A stretch of DNA of 64,000 nt from Chloropicon primus. Its lineage: Eukaryota. A model generated the notes under the pieces. The model worked only from the letters and a program-made list of their open reading frames with translations, did no database searches and was not told the DNA's origin. The translations under genes were made by a program, and so were the position numbers. Positions 1 through 11,252 of this stretch are shown one piece after another. The first letter of the stretch is position 1; every line of letters begins with the position of its first letter. The stretch lies in the NCBI GenBank assembly GCA_023205875.1, contig CP060758.1, positions 992,001 to 1,056,000 of the forward strand. The letters run 5' to 3'.

Positions 1-381
1 GTTGCGGCGGAGGAAGCCGTTTACATGGAGTCGGTCGAGTCCAAGCACAGCGACCACGCCTTTGCGAGAAGGGTCGCGGAGAACTCTGGAATCACGGCGC
101 AGTCCCTCAAGCTGGACTCCCAGGTCAAGTACGGGGTGATCGCCAGCGGCAAAGCCTCGGCCTTCATGAGGTTCCCCGACCTGGACTACAAGGAGTGGAT
201 CTGGGACCACGCCGCGGGCGCCATCATCATGGAGGAGGCCGGGGGCGTGGTTACCGACGCGGCGGGAAAGAAGCTGGACTTCAGCAAGGGCAGGACCCTG
301 AACAACGGCAACGGTATCGTGGCCGCCCCCCCAAAGCTCCACAAGAAGCTCATAGACTCCATCAGGGCCCTGAAGAACTAG
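1..381 (+). CDS. 3'(2'),5'-bisphosphate nucleotidase (SAL1/HAL2-like inositol monophosphatase family), C-terminal part (5' truncated by window)
   Basis: Motifs ESVESKHS, LDSQVKYG, YKEWIWDHAAGAIIMEEAGGVVTDAAG are typical of HAL2/SAL1. Confidence 0.9.
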   Translation, partial: VAAEEAVYMESVESKHSDHAFARRVAENSGITAQSLKLDSQVKYGVIASGKASAFMRFPDLDYKEWIWDHAAGAIIMEEAGGVVTDAAGKKLDFSKGRTLNNGNGIVAAPPKLHKKLIDSIRALKN

Positions 382-734
382 AGATACACCTTATGGATCC
401 ATTATTCTGGATTGATGCCTCACCGTTTGTAAAATTACTGCTTGCAAAATTCCAGTTATTACTTTTGTCTCTCCTGAACACCCCACCCCCCAAAGAGAGT
501 GAGGGACAAGAGGGGACCGCCAAAAGAGGTCGCGTTGCAGGAAACTTGCGCGGGGCTCCTCCTCCTGCTGTCTTTGCCGCCCTGATCCGGGTTTCGGTCC
601 GACGAAAAAGACGCCACCTTGGAGGACGAGCTCAACCGCTTGGCACCACCAACGATGCTGGTGGAGGTGTGCAGCAGTGGAGGGGAGGGAGCAGGCAGGT
701 CGAGAGGATAGAGAATGCGACGACGACCGAGGTG

Positions 735-1542
735 ATGGACTGGAGCAGGCAGAAGAAGAAGACGAAGCCGAGGGTGCCCCAGCCGAGGCCGAGCGCCAAG
801 GCTGTGGTTCCCAAAGCCCGTCCCTTGGGTCGAAGCAGGAGCAACTCCTTTGTGCTGTCCAGAGTATTCGATGAGACGATAGAGAGCGAGTCCAAGAGGA
901 AAGACACGCCCACAAACTTCTTGGCCCGGGATGGTGAAGAAATCATTGAGCTCCAAGACGTGGAGTACGACTTTGGGTCCGAATGGTAAGTTCTCAACGA
1001 GCGTTCTGATTTCTCGAGGAATTCAGACTGACAACCAAGTCTCGAATTGTGCACACCGCAGGTTGGTCAAGTCCCCTCCCGAGAAGAAGCCTGTCCCTCG
1101 CATTGAGGAGAGGGAGATCCCCACGCCGGCCCCGGACGAAGTCGCGAGGCATAAGCTGCCTCCCCTTCCCAGGAAGAACCAGGAGCCGCGGGGCGAGGCT
1201 GCGGGGAAGCCGCCGAGATCGAAGGCTGCCGTTGCCAGGCGGGTGTCCTCGCTCCCCAAGCCAATCCAGCAGATTCCAAAGGGCTCCCCCGAGAATCACG
1301 GCAGCAAGCAGAGGAACGCGGAGACGCAGACCGAGCAGAGCGCGGAGGACGCCCCAGGCAAAGTGAAGGCGAACTCCACCAACAAGGAGTTCTTTGGGGA
1401 CTTTGATATTCTCAAGGAGATCAGGCTCTGCGGCGACCTGCTGCAGGAGATGGTGGAGAGCGCCTGTGATCTGAGCGAGTTGTACCAAAAGGAGCGGAGG
1501 AGGACCTCGAGGAAACAAAAGGCTTGTTGTACTATAATGTAG
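735..1542 (+). CDS. Hypothetical protein, 2 exons (735-985, 1062-1542), with a C-terminal polybasic + CaaX tail
   Basis: GTAAGT donor at 986, CTGAC branch motif, CAG acceptor ending 1061. Splicing joins ORF 195..989 in frame to ORF 931..1542. The protein ends RRRTSRKQKACCTIM*. Confidence 0.7.
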
Positions 1543-1640
1543 AAAAAAGGTCGCTGCAACATTTTGTGCAGCCCCCGGGAATAATATTCTTACAAGCGGA
1601 GAAGCACTTCCTGCCCCCCCGCCTTTTACTCTTTGCCGGT

Positions 1641-2414
1641 TCAACCTTCAAAGTCGCCCCACTGGTCATCCTCAAACCCCTCGCCACCGGCGTTGCTGGC
1701 TTTGGCCACCTCTGGCGCCGCAGGTGCTGCTTCGAAGCTGTCGAAGTCAGCCACCCAGTCCCCCTGAGCTGCCGCCGCTGGTGCGGGCGGTTTCTTCTGG
1801 GCCGCGGCAACTGGCGGTGGCGGAGCAAGCAATCCTCCGCCTGTGATCACCGGCTTCGCCCTGCCGTCTCCCACACTCAAGCGACTCTTGAGCTTGGAGG
1901 GGGACGCCCCCGGGGACTTCTTTATCTGAATCGTTATTTTCTCTCCCTCCTTCAAGCTGTAGTCCTTCTGGGCCTCAGTTGATTGCGCGAACTTCTCCTT
2001 GTAAGCGTCCGCCTCCTTCTTCCGCCTCAGGTACTGCCTGTGCTCGTCAATCGCGGCGTTGAAGTCCGAAGACTGCGTCCTTTCCCTGAATCCCAGTCCG
2101 ATGAAGGCGTGCCTCTTGGACTGCGGGTCCACGATCTTGAGGACGAAGTATCGGCTGCTGTCTACCACTGGCTCCACGGAGGTCAAGAAGTTCTCCGGCT
2201 TGGCCGGTAACGGGCACTCCGCGAAGAGCTCCTCCGTCTCCATATCGTACAGAGATATCACACACTTTTCACCCTCGGACTTCACCTTGAGGCTCACCTC
2301 CTTGAGCCACTTGTCGACGTTCCAGTCGTTCGCGCGGTGACCAGACGCGCTCGACGTCGGAGGGATCTGGTACACGTAGCACTCCCGGCAAGTGAACAGG
2401 CATACGGACGCCAT
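1641..2414 (-). CDS. NECAP: Adaptin ear-binding coat-associated protein (NECAP, PHear domain)
   Basis: YVYQIPP..GHRANDW, FAECP, VEPVVDSSRYFVLKI, AFIGLGFRER; C-terminal WGDF motif. Confidence 0.92.
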   Translation of the reverse strand: MASVCLFTCRECYVYQIPPTSSASGHRANDWNVDKWLKEVSLKVKSEGEKCVISLYDMETEELFAECPLPAKPENFLTSVEPVVDSSRYFVLKIVDPQSKRHAFIGLGFRERTQSSDFNAAIDEHRQYLRRKKEADAYKEKFAQSTEAQKDYSLKEGEKITIQIKKSPGASPSKLKSRLSVGDGRAKPVITGGGLLAPPPPVAAAQKKPPAPAAAAQGDWVADFDSFEAAPAAPEVAKASNAGGEGFEDDQWGDFEG

Positions 2415-2673
2415 GGCGGACACTTCAGCACACTCCTTGCTGTCAACCCCCCTCGCCCCCTTCTCTGGATGTGGGTGGATTGGCCCGCTTTTTCGAATCC
2501 TCAAAACTGAAAACTGAAACTGACGGGGAGGACTTGGCTGAGAGTGAGAGATCGATGGTGTTGGATGGATATGGATGGATGTGTCTTGAAATTACAATGT
2601 GAGAGAGCGACAATGTGACCCCCCGACTCCCTTCCCCCCACCCCTTGCCCCCCACCCCCACACTGGGGTCCCT

Positions 2674-3957
2674 TCACAACTCGATGTCAGCGGCCTTGAG
2701 GGCTCTGGCAACCCACTCGGGCGCGCCGTCGGGGTACAGCTTCTTCATGAAGTCCCGAACAAACTCGGGAAACCGCTGGTCCACGATGGATTCCCTGATG
2801 CCCTTCATCAGCTGCATCATGTAGTGCACGTTGTGGTACGAGACGAGGATGGCGCCGGTGCTGTCCTTGCACACGAGCCGGTGGAGCTGGCTCCTGGTGT
2901 ACTTCCTGCACACCATGCACTCGCAGTCCTCGTCGATGGGCCGGTGGTCCCCCTCCATCCCGGCCAGGGGAAGTCTGATGACCCCCGTCGGCACCAGAGC
3001 CGTCCCGAACCTCGCTGTCCTGGTCGGGTACACGCAGTCGTACATGTCCGCGCCGAGGGCCGAGCAGACCACGATGTCGACCGGGTACCCGATCCCCATG
3101 ACGTACCTTGGCTTCTGCTCCGGGAGGGCCGCCGTGCACCAGTCCACGACGTTCCAGAAGCTCTCCTTGTCCTCCCCCCCCGCGAGGCCGCCGATGGCGT
3201 ACCCGGGAATCCTGGCGTCCCTCTCCATCAGCTGTTTCAGCGAGGTCTGCCTCAAGTCGTAGTCCAAGCCGCCCTGGACGATGGGGAACAGGTTCTGGTC
3301 GTGGGGCCTCTCGTGCGCCTCGAGGCAGCGGTCGAACCACCTCGTCGTGCGGTACGTGGCCTCCTCGAACCTCTCGAGGCTCGGGTTCACGCTGCTGACG
3401 ACGTCGTCCAGGGCCATCATGATGTCGGCGCCCAGCTTGTTCTGGATCCTCATGCTGTGCTCGGGCGTGAGCATCATGCTCTGGCCGTCCGTGGGGTTCT
3501 GGAAGCTCACCCCCTCCTCGGTAATGTCCGCGAGGTGGAGGAGGGAGACCATCTGAAACCCGCCCGAGTCCGTCAGCATGGCACGGTCCCACCTCGAGAA
3601 CTCGTGGAGCCCCCCGAACTCCTCCACGACGTCCGCCCCCGGGCGGCTCTCCAAGTGGTACGTGTTCCCCAGCACCAGGTGGCAGTCCAGCCTCCTGAGC
3701 TGGTCCGGCGTCAACCCCTTGACGGATCCGTTCGTCCCCACCGGCATGAACATGGGCATCCTGCAGTCGTAATGAGGCAGCCTCATGACGCTCGCCCTCG
3801 CCCTCCCCTGCTTGGCGAGTATCCGAAACTCCAGGGCCTTGCCGTGCTGCTGCCCACCCCCCTTAAGCGGGGCGTTGGAAGGGCCGGAAGCCATCCACTT
3901 CCCGTCCCCCCGCTTCGCCTTCTTCGCCTCCGGGACGGGCGGGACCTCCAACGCCAT
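2674..3957 (-). CDS. QTRT1: Queuine tRNA-ribosyltransferase catalytic subunit
   Basis: FMPVGT, NTYHL, LTDSGGFQMVSL, PRYVMGIG, DCVYPTRTAR, CxCxxC Zn site, HN motif. Confidence 0.95.
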   Translation of the reverse strand: MALEVPPVPEAKKAKRGDGKWMASGPSNAPLKGGGQQHGKALEFRILAKQGRARASVMRLPHYDCRMPMFMPVGTNGSVKGLTPDQLRRLDCHLVLGNTYHLESRPGADVVEEFGGLHEFSRWDRAMLTDSGGFQMVSLLHLADITEEGVSFQNPTDGQSMMLTPEHSMRIQNKLGADIMMALDDVVSSVNPSLERFEEATYRTTRWFDRCLEAHERPHDQNLFPIVQGGLDYDLRQTSLKQLMERDARIPGYAIGGLAGGEDKESFWNVVDWCTAALPEQKPRYVMGIGYPVDIVVCSALGADMYDCVYPTRTARFGTALVPTGVIRLPLAGMEGDHRPIDEDCECMVCRKYTRSQLHRLVCKDSTGAILVSYHNVHYMMQLMKGIRESIVDQRFPEFVRDFMKKLYPDGAPEWVARALKAADIEL

Positions 3958-4252
3958 GCCCTCAAACCCTTTTCCGCGGGATCGTCGGAGTCACCGATGA
4001 CAACACCCAGTGACTGGGTGAGACAGACGACGACACAGGGGACAACTGCAACCTGCAAACCCACTGCAGGTGAAGAACAAGAGACAAGTCGAGAGGGCGA
4101 GGAGGAGGACGGACGTCCGCCTTGTTCAGTGAATCCTTTCGTTTCGTTTCGTTTCTCTCGGGTCCCGAGGACTCAAGGTTGCTTCGAACGTTTGCTTTGC
4201 TTTGCTTGTCTCCGTGTGTTTTGATTCGGTTTGGGGTGAGGCGGGCCAGACC

Positions 4253-7219
4253 ATGCCGCCCAATGCAGCAGGTGGGGCAGGAGGGGGAGAGGAGGGGGAG
4301 GTTTCGGTGAGGGAGGGGTGCTACGACGATGCGACGTTCGAGGAGATTAGCCTGGAGGCGATGGCCAGGCCGAGGAACGAGAAGAGTGTGGAGTACAGGC
4401 ACATCAGGCTGAAGAATGGCCTGAGAGCGATGCTCATCTCCGATCCGGAGACGGACAAGAGCGCGGCCGCGGTGGACGTCCGGGTGGGGTTCCTGAGCGA
4501 CCCCGCGGACTTGCCTGGCCTGGCCCACTTCACGGAGCACATGCTGTTCTACTCGAGCGAAAAGTACCCGGAGGAGGACGAGTACTCCAAATTCATCTCG
4601 GAGCACGGTGGGTTTTGCAACGCCTTCACCTCGACCGAGGACACGAACTACCACTTTGATGTGAACAGCGGGGACTTCGAGGCGGCCCTTGACCGGTTCG
4701 CGCAGTTCTTCGTGGCCCCCCTGATCTCCAAGGACGGGGTGGGCAGGGAGATCAAGGCGGTCAACTCTGAGAACAGCAAGAACCTGAACAACGACGTGTG
4801 GAGGAACATGCAGCTGTGGAGGCACCTGGCGAAGAAGGACCACCCTTTCCACAAGTTCGGGACGGGGAACCTCGAGACGCTGAAGAGCGACCCGGAGGCC
4901 AAGGGGATCGACACCCACGAGGAGATGCTCAAGTTCTACTCCGCAAACTACAGCGCCAACCTGATGACGCTGGCGGTGTACTCCAAGTTTCCCATGGACG
5001 ACCTGGAGAGGATGGTGGTGACCAAGTTCAACAAAGTGAAGACGCTGGGGAAGGAGGCCAACGTCTTCGACGACACGCCCTTCGACCCCCGGGAACACCA
5101 GTGCAAGCTGGCCAAGGTGGTGCCCATCAGGAACGTCCACGCGCTGGACTTTCAGTGGCTCACTCCCCCGGACGGGAAGGTCTACAGGCACATGCCCATG
5201 GACTACATGTCTCACCTCATCGGGCACGAGGGGGATGGCAGCATCCTGAAGCGTCTGAAGGACCTCAAGTGGGCGACCTCCCTGTCGGCCGGGCCCTCCC
5301 CGGAGTCTTACTCGTCCCACTCCCTGTTTCTGATCTCGATCGAGCTCACGGACGAGGGGAACAGCCACGTGCCGGAAGTCTCGAAGATCGTGTTTCAGTA
5401 CCTGAACATGCTCAGGGATGAGGGGATCCAGCCCTGGATATTCGAGGAGCTCAAGAGCATCGGCGAGACCAAGTTCAACTTCAGGGACAAGCAGAACGTG
5501 GGCTACTACACGAGGGAGTTGGCGAGCGGGATGCACCTCTACCCCTGCAAGGACTTGCTCCTCGGGCTCCACCACGTGCCGCAGGAGTACAACGAGGACA
5601 CCATCCAGGCCGTCCTGGACTGCATGACGGTGGACAAGGTGAGGATGATGTGGCTGTCGAAGACTCACAAGGGGAAGGTCACGGACGTTGAGCCATGGTA
5701 CGGGACCGAATTCGGGATGGACTCCTTGGAGGAGTCCCTGGTGGAAGACTTGAGGACTTGCGGAAGGAGCGAACATCTCCGGCTGCCCTACCAGAACCAG
5801 TTCATCCCCACGAACTTCGATCTGATCGAGAAGGAGGACTCCGTCAAGGAGGTGCCCGAGATGATCTACGAGTCCGAGATGAGCGAGCTGTGGTACAAGC
5901 CGGACACGCTCTTCGGCACGCCAAAGGGGCAGGTCTACCTTTCGGTGATATCCCCGGAGTGCTACTGCTCGCCGGAGGCGGCTGTCTGCACGAACCTGTA
6001 CACAAAGATGCTGGTGGACTCCATGAACGAGGTCACGTACTACGCGGAGGTCGCTGGCCTGGGGTACTCCATTCAGTCGACCACGGTGGGCATCCAGCTG
6101 GTTTTCGCGGGCTACAGCCACAAGCTGCTTGATCTGGTGGAGGAGGTCATCAAGCGCTTGCTCGCGTTCAAGCCCAAGCTCGAGAGGTACGAGGTCCTCA
6201 AGGAGCTGATGCAGAAGGACTTCGAGAACACCAGGTTCGACCAACCGTACCAGCAAGCCATCTACGCGACCTCGATCTTGTGCCTGCAGAAGAAGTGGCA
6301 CATCAAAGAGTACCTGGAGGTTCTGAAGCACTTGACGTTTCAGGACTTTGAAGTTTTCTTGGGCAGGATCATGCAGAGGGTGTCGAACCAGGTCATGATC
6401 CTGGGGAACCTCACCAAGACCCAGTGCGTTGGATTCGTCAAGACGATGGAAGGGATCCTGGGGTCCAATGGCACGAGAGCGATCTTTGGGTCTCAATTTC
6501 CCGAGAAGAGGGTGGTCCAGTTGGAGGGTGGGAGGGACTATGTGTACTCCCAACCGGTGGGAAACGAGGAGGAGGAGAACGGGGCCGTGAACATCATGTT
6601 TCAGATTGGCAGGGACTCGTTCAAGAGGAACACTCTGATGCAGCTTTGGGTCCAAATTGCCGAGAGAGCGGCGTTCCACACCCTAAGGAGCGTGGAGCAG
6701 ATAGGCTACATCGTCTGTGTGATGGGCTGGGATAGCCACCAGGTGAAAAACGTGTACTTCATTCTGCAGTCTTCCTCTCACCATCCCAGCAGCATAGATG
6801 CGAGCGTGGAGAAGTTCTTGGTCAGCTTCAAGACGAGGCTGGCGGAGATGGAGGAGAAGGAGTTTGAGGACCAGAAGAGCAGCCTGGAGCAAGTGAAGTT
6901 GGAGAAGCTCAAGAGTCTCGGGCAGGAGAGCAAGAGGTACTGGAAGGAAATCGACGAGTCGGCCTTCTCCTTCAAGAGGCAGGAGCTCGAAGTGGAGGAG
7001 CTGAAGAAGCTGACCCGAGAGGAGTTGTTGGAGTTCCACCAGACCTACTTTGAGGTCGGGAGCGCAAACCGGAGAAAGCTCAGCATCCACATGGTCTCCC
7101 ACAAGATGCCAAATCCAGAGGGAGACGGGAAGTCCGACGCCGCGGTCATCGAAGATGTCCACAAGTTCAAGAGAACCATGCACGTGATCCCTTGTGCCTT
7201 CGCTGCTGACAACAGATGA
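4253..7219 (+). CDS. IDE: Insulin-degrading enzyme-like M16A metallopeptidase
   Basis: GLAHFTEHMLF (HxxEH), NAFT, ALDRFAQFFVAPL, FGTGNLETL, HLIGHEGDGS, LRSVEQIGYIV. Confidence 0.93.
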   Translation: MPPNAAGGAGGGEEGEVSVREGCYDDATFEEISLEAMARPRNEKSVEYRHIRLKNGLRAMLISDPETDKSAAAVDVRVGFLSDPADLPGLAHFTEHMLFYSSEKYPEEDEYSKFISEHGGFCNAFTSTEDTNYHFDVNSGDFEAALDRFAQFFVAPLISKDGVGREIKAVNSENSKNLNNDVWRNMQLWRHLAKKDHPFHKFGTGNLETLKSDPEAKGIDTHEEMLKFYSANYSANLMTLAVYSKFPMDDLERMVVTKFNKVKTLGKEANVFDDTPFDPREHQCKLAKVVPIRNVHALDFQWLTPPDGKVYRHMPMDYMSHLIGHEGDGSILKRLKDLKWATSLSAGPSPESYSSHSLFLISIELTDEGNSHVPEVSKIVFQYLNMLRDEGIQPWIFEELKSIGETKFNFRDKQNVGYYTRELASGMHLYPCKDLLLGLHHVPQEYNEDTIQAVLDCMTVDKVRMMWLSKTHKGKVTDVEPWYGTEFGMDSLEESLVEDLRTCGRSEHLRLPYQNQFIPTNFDLIEKEDSVKEVPEMIYESEMSELWYKPDTLFGTPKGQVYLSVISPECYCSPEAAVCTNLYTKMLVDSMNEVTYYAEVAGLGYSIQSTTVGIQLVFAGYSHKLLDLVEEVIKRLLAFKPKLERYEVLKELMQKDFENTRFDQPYQQAIYATSILCLQKKWHIKEYLEVLKHLTFQDFEVFLGRIMQRVSNQVMILGNLTKTQCVGFVKTMEGILGSNGTRAIFGSQFPEKRVVQLEGGRDYVYSQPVGNEEEENGAVNIMFQIGRDSFKRNTLMQLWVQIAERAAFHTLRSVEQIGYIVCVMGWDSHQVKNVYFILQSSSHHPSSIDASVEKFLVSFKTRLAEMEEKEFEDQKSSLEQVKLEKLKSLGQESKRYWKEIDESAFSFKRQELEVEELKKLTREELLEFHQTYFEVGSANRRKLSIHMVSHKMPNPEGDGKSDAAVIEDVHKFKRTMHVIPCAFAADNR

Positions 7220-7460
7220 CAATAATGACAATAATGTAATCGTATCATATATTTTTTACCTCACACTTTTTTATTGTGCGTTTGAAAGCAAAATGCTTCT
7301 CTTTCGCGCGCTCGCGGGAGAGAGTGAGAGAGAGAGAGAGAGAGAACCATGGCGACCATGGCGGTTCCTTTGGAACCCGACGATGAGTGTCTTGGCACGA
7401 AACCAAAGCGAAAGGTGACGGCGAGCTTGACCGACGACCAGAAGTAAGGAAAGATATAAT

Positions 7461-10400
7461 ATGCAAGTGTACGACATCTACGACGCTCATGACGAGGAGC
7501 TTGTGGTGGAGCTCAGGAGGCTCAAGGCCCTGGAAGCTGGTGGAGAGGCTCTCCTCGATAGCTCGAGAAAGATTATTCACCACATCGAGCAAGAGCTCTT
7601 CGAGAGAGGCGTGTCCGGCTCCCTGTCGAACCAACTTGTTGGTATCGCGGGGGAGACACCTCAAGCGAGGGAAGAGGAGGAGGTCGGTGTGCCACCGAGC
7701 ACTCCACCTAGGCCTGAGCCCAGTCCAGTCCCGAGTCCAGTGCCGAGCCCGATGCAGACGCCGAGCCCCGCAGCAGTATTCACTCCTCCGCGCTCGAGCG
7801 AGCCGGAGGCAAATCCTCGCACGCCAGAGAACAGCCGCGCTGACGACGACGACCAAGATGACATCTTGACCCCCCTGAACCAGCCTTCCCCGAGCTCCAG
7901 CAACGCCAGCAGCGTTCAGGGGACGCCCGAGAAGTCGCTGGCTGGGGAGGATTCGGAGGCAGTCCTGGCAGAGAGTCCCTCCGTCCAGGATGCTAGCTTG
8001 ATAGCGTTCCGGGAGGAGAGGAACCGGCTTGCCTCCGCGAGGAAGTTCAACAAGCAAAAGAAGTTCATCCAAGACCGAGAGGCCATGCTCAGCCTCGCGG
8101 AGAGAAGGAAGTCGTACGCTCAACTCCTGGCCAGGAAGACGGAGAAGGCGAGAACCAAAGCCAAAAAGGCGGCGAAGAGAAGGGAGAGGGACAGCGAGCA
8201 GACTCCGACGAAGGCCAATCCATGGAAGGGCGGGAGTTCGGCGAAGGTTTCCGCCAGAAGCAGCACAAGGGAGGCGCAGCCCGTCGAAGGGGATCAGAAG
8301 ACTACTCCCAGAGCACCAAACTCTCCCTCAAAACGGGATTCTCGGCAAGCAGAGAGGAAGGGGAAGGCCAGCAAAGGCAGTAGTGAGATCGCTTCCCAAG
8401 CCGGTGCGAAGAAGGAGCCCAGTGGCGGAGGGCTTGTCAGTGTCAGGAAGCTGAAGAGCCTCAGGAAGGAGCACTCTAGTCCCCAAGCAAAGGAAAATCA
8501 CAAACCTCCAGCTGTCGTGGAGGAAACTGCGGCGGGGAACGATGGCGCCGGTGGCCATACAACGAACGGCGAGATCAAATCAATGCCTCCAGCAGAGTCC
8601 CACATTGGCGTTGGGGAAGAACAGGGGGACGAAGGAACGACGTTGATTGAGGAAGCAGATGCTGGAGGAAATGGGTCTAGCGTGCAGAGCCGCAGCGCGG
8701 GTGGTGACAGTCACCACCCCGACGAAAGCGAAGCGTGTGATTGCACATCAAAGCCTGATGATGATGAAGCGACGCGCGAGCGGGGGCCCCAGGAAGCAAT
8801 AGAATTGGAATCCGAAACCGCCGCTCCGGCGGAAGAAGCAGGTCTTGGGGTGGAGGAGTCGACGCCTCCGGTGGCGTGTGCCAAGACAGTGGCTGGGGAC
8901 AGCAATGAAGCGGCGCGCGAGCAGGAGCCCCAGGAAGCAATAGATTCCCTCCGAGCGGAGAAAGAGAGCAAGGTTGTTGTCGAAGAACCAGGCACCAAAA
9001 TACCTTTGGAGGAGAAGGTTCAGACGGAAGTTGGCGCAAGCCAGGTTCAGGGGAAAGTTGGGTCACCTGCAAGGGGGGAGGAACCTGACAGGGAAGTGGA
9101 GGCTCCGTCTCCCTCGAGCAGCACAACCTCAGATGACTTGGATATCGTACAGGATGATGCCGACGATCTTAGCAGCTCCAGCGATGAGCTGCCGTCTCCT
9201 GTTCTGCAGCTCCTTGCGCAGTCTGATCCACTGATCCACCCGTTTGCAGGTGCAGCAAAATCTTTGACGATCACAGATCTTCCTTCGCTTGAGACGAACA
9301 ACCCGCTCAGCGAGTGGATCAGGCCGATGAGCGCGCACAACGGAGTCTCCGCTTGGGGCGGTACTCCTGATCCTTCGCCACCAAGCTCCCCGAGGTTCAT
9401 GCCATCGAGGGGCAATGGCAGCCAGCTGTTCGAGAGCAAGTCAGAGCCTGGCGGTGCGGGTCAAGGCGCAAAGCAGGAAGCGCCCGCGGAATCGCCGAAG
9501 AAGCAGGACTACAACTATGCTGCCATGTATGAAAAGTTCGAGGAAATCTTTGGAAGGTTCATTGGGGAGGAGAAGCTCAGCCAAGGTCGACCGTTCTCCG
9601 CCCGAAAGAGCCCCAGCTCCAGCAAGCCCCCACCAAAGAAGGTCCAAACGAAAGCGCCTTACACGGACAGCGATCTCCTGTCTTTCTTCGAGAGGTTCAG
9701 GGGAGGGCTGTACGGCTGGCTCAGAGGGTTTCAGAGCAGGTTGAAGGCGACCCAAGAGTCCGGTGCGTTTGTGAACGGCCAGGCGGAGGATCCGGGGCGT
9801 GAGGACGAGGTTGTTGCGGGGGCGCAGATGGTATACAAGGTCACGGATGACAAGCCCGAGGTGTACAAACTCGTCACGGCCTCGTGTCACACCATCGGGG
9901 ACTGGCACGAGGACATGGTCTCGGATGCAGAGAATCCCCATTGGAATATCCTGTGGTCCTGGTCCTCCAAGCCCAAGGTGAATCGCCAGGATCTGAACAT
10001 CTGGCAGCGGGTCAACCACTATCCTGGCGCCAACCAGCTGACCCGGAAGGACATCTTGAAGAAGAACTTGGCCTACTGCAAGTCGCTGTTCAAGCCCGAC
10101 CGCAGCGTCTACAAGCTCTTTGACATCATGCCCCGCACCTTCTCCCTGCCTCAGGAGTACGTGCAGTTCTGCAACGCTTTCAGCGAGAGCATCACGTTTG
10201 AGAAGCCGGACCCCAAGGACAAGAAGGGCAAGAACGCCAAGCCAAAGATCATTTACGGGAGCGAGAACACGTGGATCATGAAGCCGGTCAGCTCTTCCAG
10301 GGGGAGGGGCATCTTTCTCATCAACAGCATCGAGGAAGTCGAGTACGGGGAGGCCTTCGTCGTCCAAAAATACGTCTCGAACCCCTTGCTGATCCACCAG

Positions 10401-11252
10401 CACAAGTTTGACCTGAGGTTGTACGTCTTAGTGACCTGCTTCAACCCCCTCGAGGCTTGGATTTACAAGGAGGGCTTCGCGCGATTCTGCTCGGTCCCTT
10501 ACTCCACCGACAGGGAGAGCATGCAGGACAAGTACGTGCACTTGACCAACTCCTCCGTGCAGCAGAAGCTGTTCAACGACCCCGACTTTGCCTTGCCGGA
10601 CTGCTTGGGGCCCATGATCAGCGACGACCCCTTGCTGTCTCTCCCCGGAGGCTCGAAGCGCAGCTTGGCGTACCTCAAGGCGAAGCTCGAGGACTACGAG
10701 ATCAACTGGGACGGTTTGTGGCAGAAGATAAGAAAGGTCGTGCTCGCCGCCCTCTTCAGCGCCCAGGGCAAAATACCCTTCCAGCCCAACAGCTTTGAGC
10801 TCTTTGGCTTCGATGTCATGCTGGACGCCAACCTCAAGGTGTGGCTCCTCGAGGTCAACGCCTCGCCTTCCCTCGGGATCCAGACGCCCCTGGACCAGCA
10901 CGTGAAGAAGCAGCTCATCTGCGACGTTCTGAGGCTAGTCGACCCGTGCCAATACGACAGAAAAGCGTTGCTGGACATCGTCCAGCGAAAGATAGTCGAG
11001 AGGTCGGAGGCAAGAGGCCAAAAGAGGTCAGAGGTGGTCAGAGGCAAGGGACGTGACTGGAGAGACTGGGTCGCAGATGAGGACCAGAAGAAGAATGCGA
11101 TTAATTCTGACCTCAAGTCCATCCTTGGGGGTCGGAGGCCCCGCCAGTACGGCGAGAAGCCCCGTCACGTGGGGAGCTTCGAGAGAGTGGCTCCCGGGAA
11201 GGACTACAATGTATTCTCAAGGCTGAAGGGATTGGGGAGGGAGGGGAGGTAG
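7461..11252 (+). CDS. Tubulin-tyrosine ligase-like (TTLL) protein, probable polyglutamylase, with a long low-complexity N-terminus
   Basis: QRVNHYPG, WIMKPVSSSRGRGI, VQKYVSNPLLI..KFDLRLYVLV, HLTNSS, FELFGFDVMLD, WLLEVNASPS. Confidence 0.9.
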   Translation: MQVYDIYDAHDEELVVELRRLKALEAGGEALLDSSRKIIHHIEQELFERGVSGSLSNQLVGIAGETPQAREEEEVGVPPSTPPRPEPSPVPSPVPSPMQTPSPAAVFTPPRSSEPEANPRTPENSRADDDDQDDILTPLNQPSPSSSNASSVQGTPEKSLAGEDSEAVLAESPSVQDASLIAFREERNRLASARKFNKQKKFIQDREAMLSLAERRKSYAQLLARKTEKARTKAKKAAKRRERDSEQTPTKANPWKGGSSAKVSARSSTREAQPVEGDQKTTPRAPNSPSKRDSRQAERKGKASKGSSEIASQAGAKKEPSGGGLVSVRKLKSLRKEHSSPQAKENHKPPAVVEETAAGNDGAGGHTTNGEIKSMPPAESHIGVGEEQGDEGTTLIEEADAGGNGSSVQSRSAGGDSHHPDESEACDCTSKPDDDEATRERGPQEAIELESETAAPAEEAGLGVEESTPPVACAKTVAGDSNEAAREQEPQEAIDSLRAEKESKVVVEEPGTKIPLEEKVQTEVGASQVQGKVGSPARGEEPDREVEAPSPSSSTTSDDLDIVQDDADDLSSSSDELPSPVLQLLAQSDPLIHPFAGAAKSLTITDLPSLETNNPLSEWIRPMSAHNGVSAWGGTPDPSPPSSPRFMPSRGNGSQLFESKSEPGGAGQGAKQEAPAESPKKQDYNYAAMYEKFEEIFGRFIGEEKLSQGRPFSARKSPSSSKPPPKKVQTKAPYTDSDLLSFFERFRGGLYGWLRGFQSRLKATQESGAFVNGQAEDPGREDEVVAGAQMVYKVTDDKPEVYKLVTASCHTIGDWHEDMVSDAENPHWNILWSWSSKPKVNRQDLNIWQRVNHYPGANQLTRKDILKKNLAYCKSLFKPDRSVYKLFDIMPRTFSLPQEYVQFCNAFSESITFEKPDPKDKKGKNAKPKIIYGSENTWIMKPVSSSRGRGIFLINSIEEVEYGEAFVVQKYVSNPLLIHQHKFDLRLYVLVTCFNPLEAWIYKEGFARFCSVPYSTDRESMQDKYVHLTNSSVQQKLFNDPDFALPDCLGPMISDDPLLSLPGGSKRSLAYLKAKLEDYEINWDGLWQKIRKVVLAALFSAQGKIPFQPNSFELFGFDVMLDANLKVWLLEVNASPSLGIQTPLDQHVKKQLICDVLRLVDPCQYDRKALLDIVQRKIVERSEARGQKRSEVVRGKGRDWRDWVADEDQKKNAINSDLKSILGGRRPRQYGEKPRHVGSFERVAPGKDYNVFSRLKGLGREGR

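Noticed and set aside
3962..6679. 905-aa antisense ORF and many similar long shadow ORFs (e.g. 2599-4224, 16066-18342, 36555-38303, 54590-56584)
   Set aside because: They mirror strongly GC3-biased real genes on the opposite strand and have no recognisable motifs.
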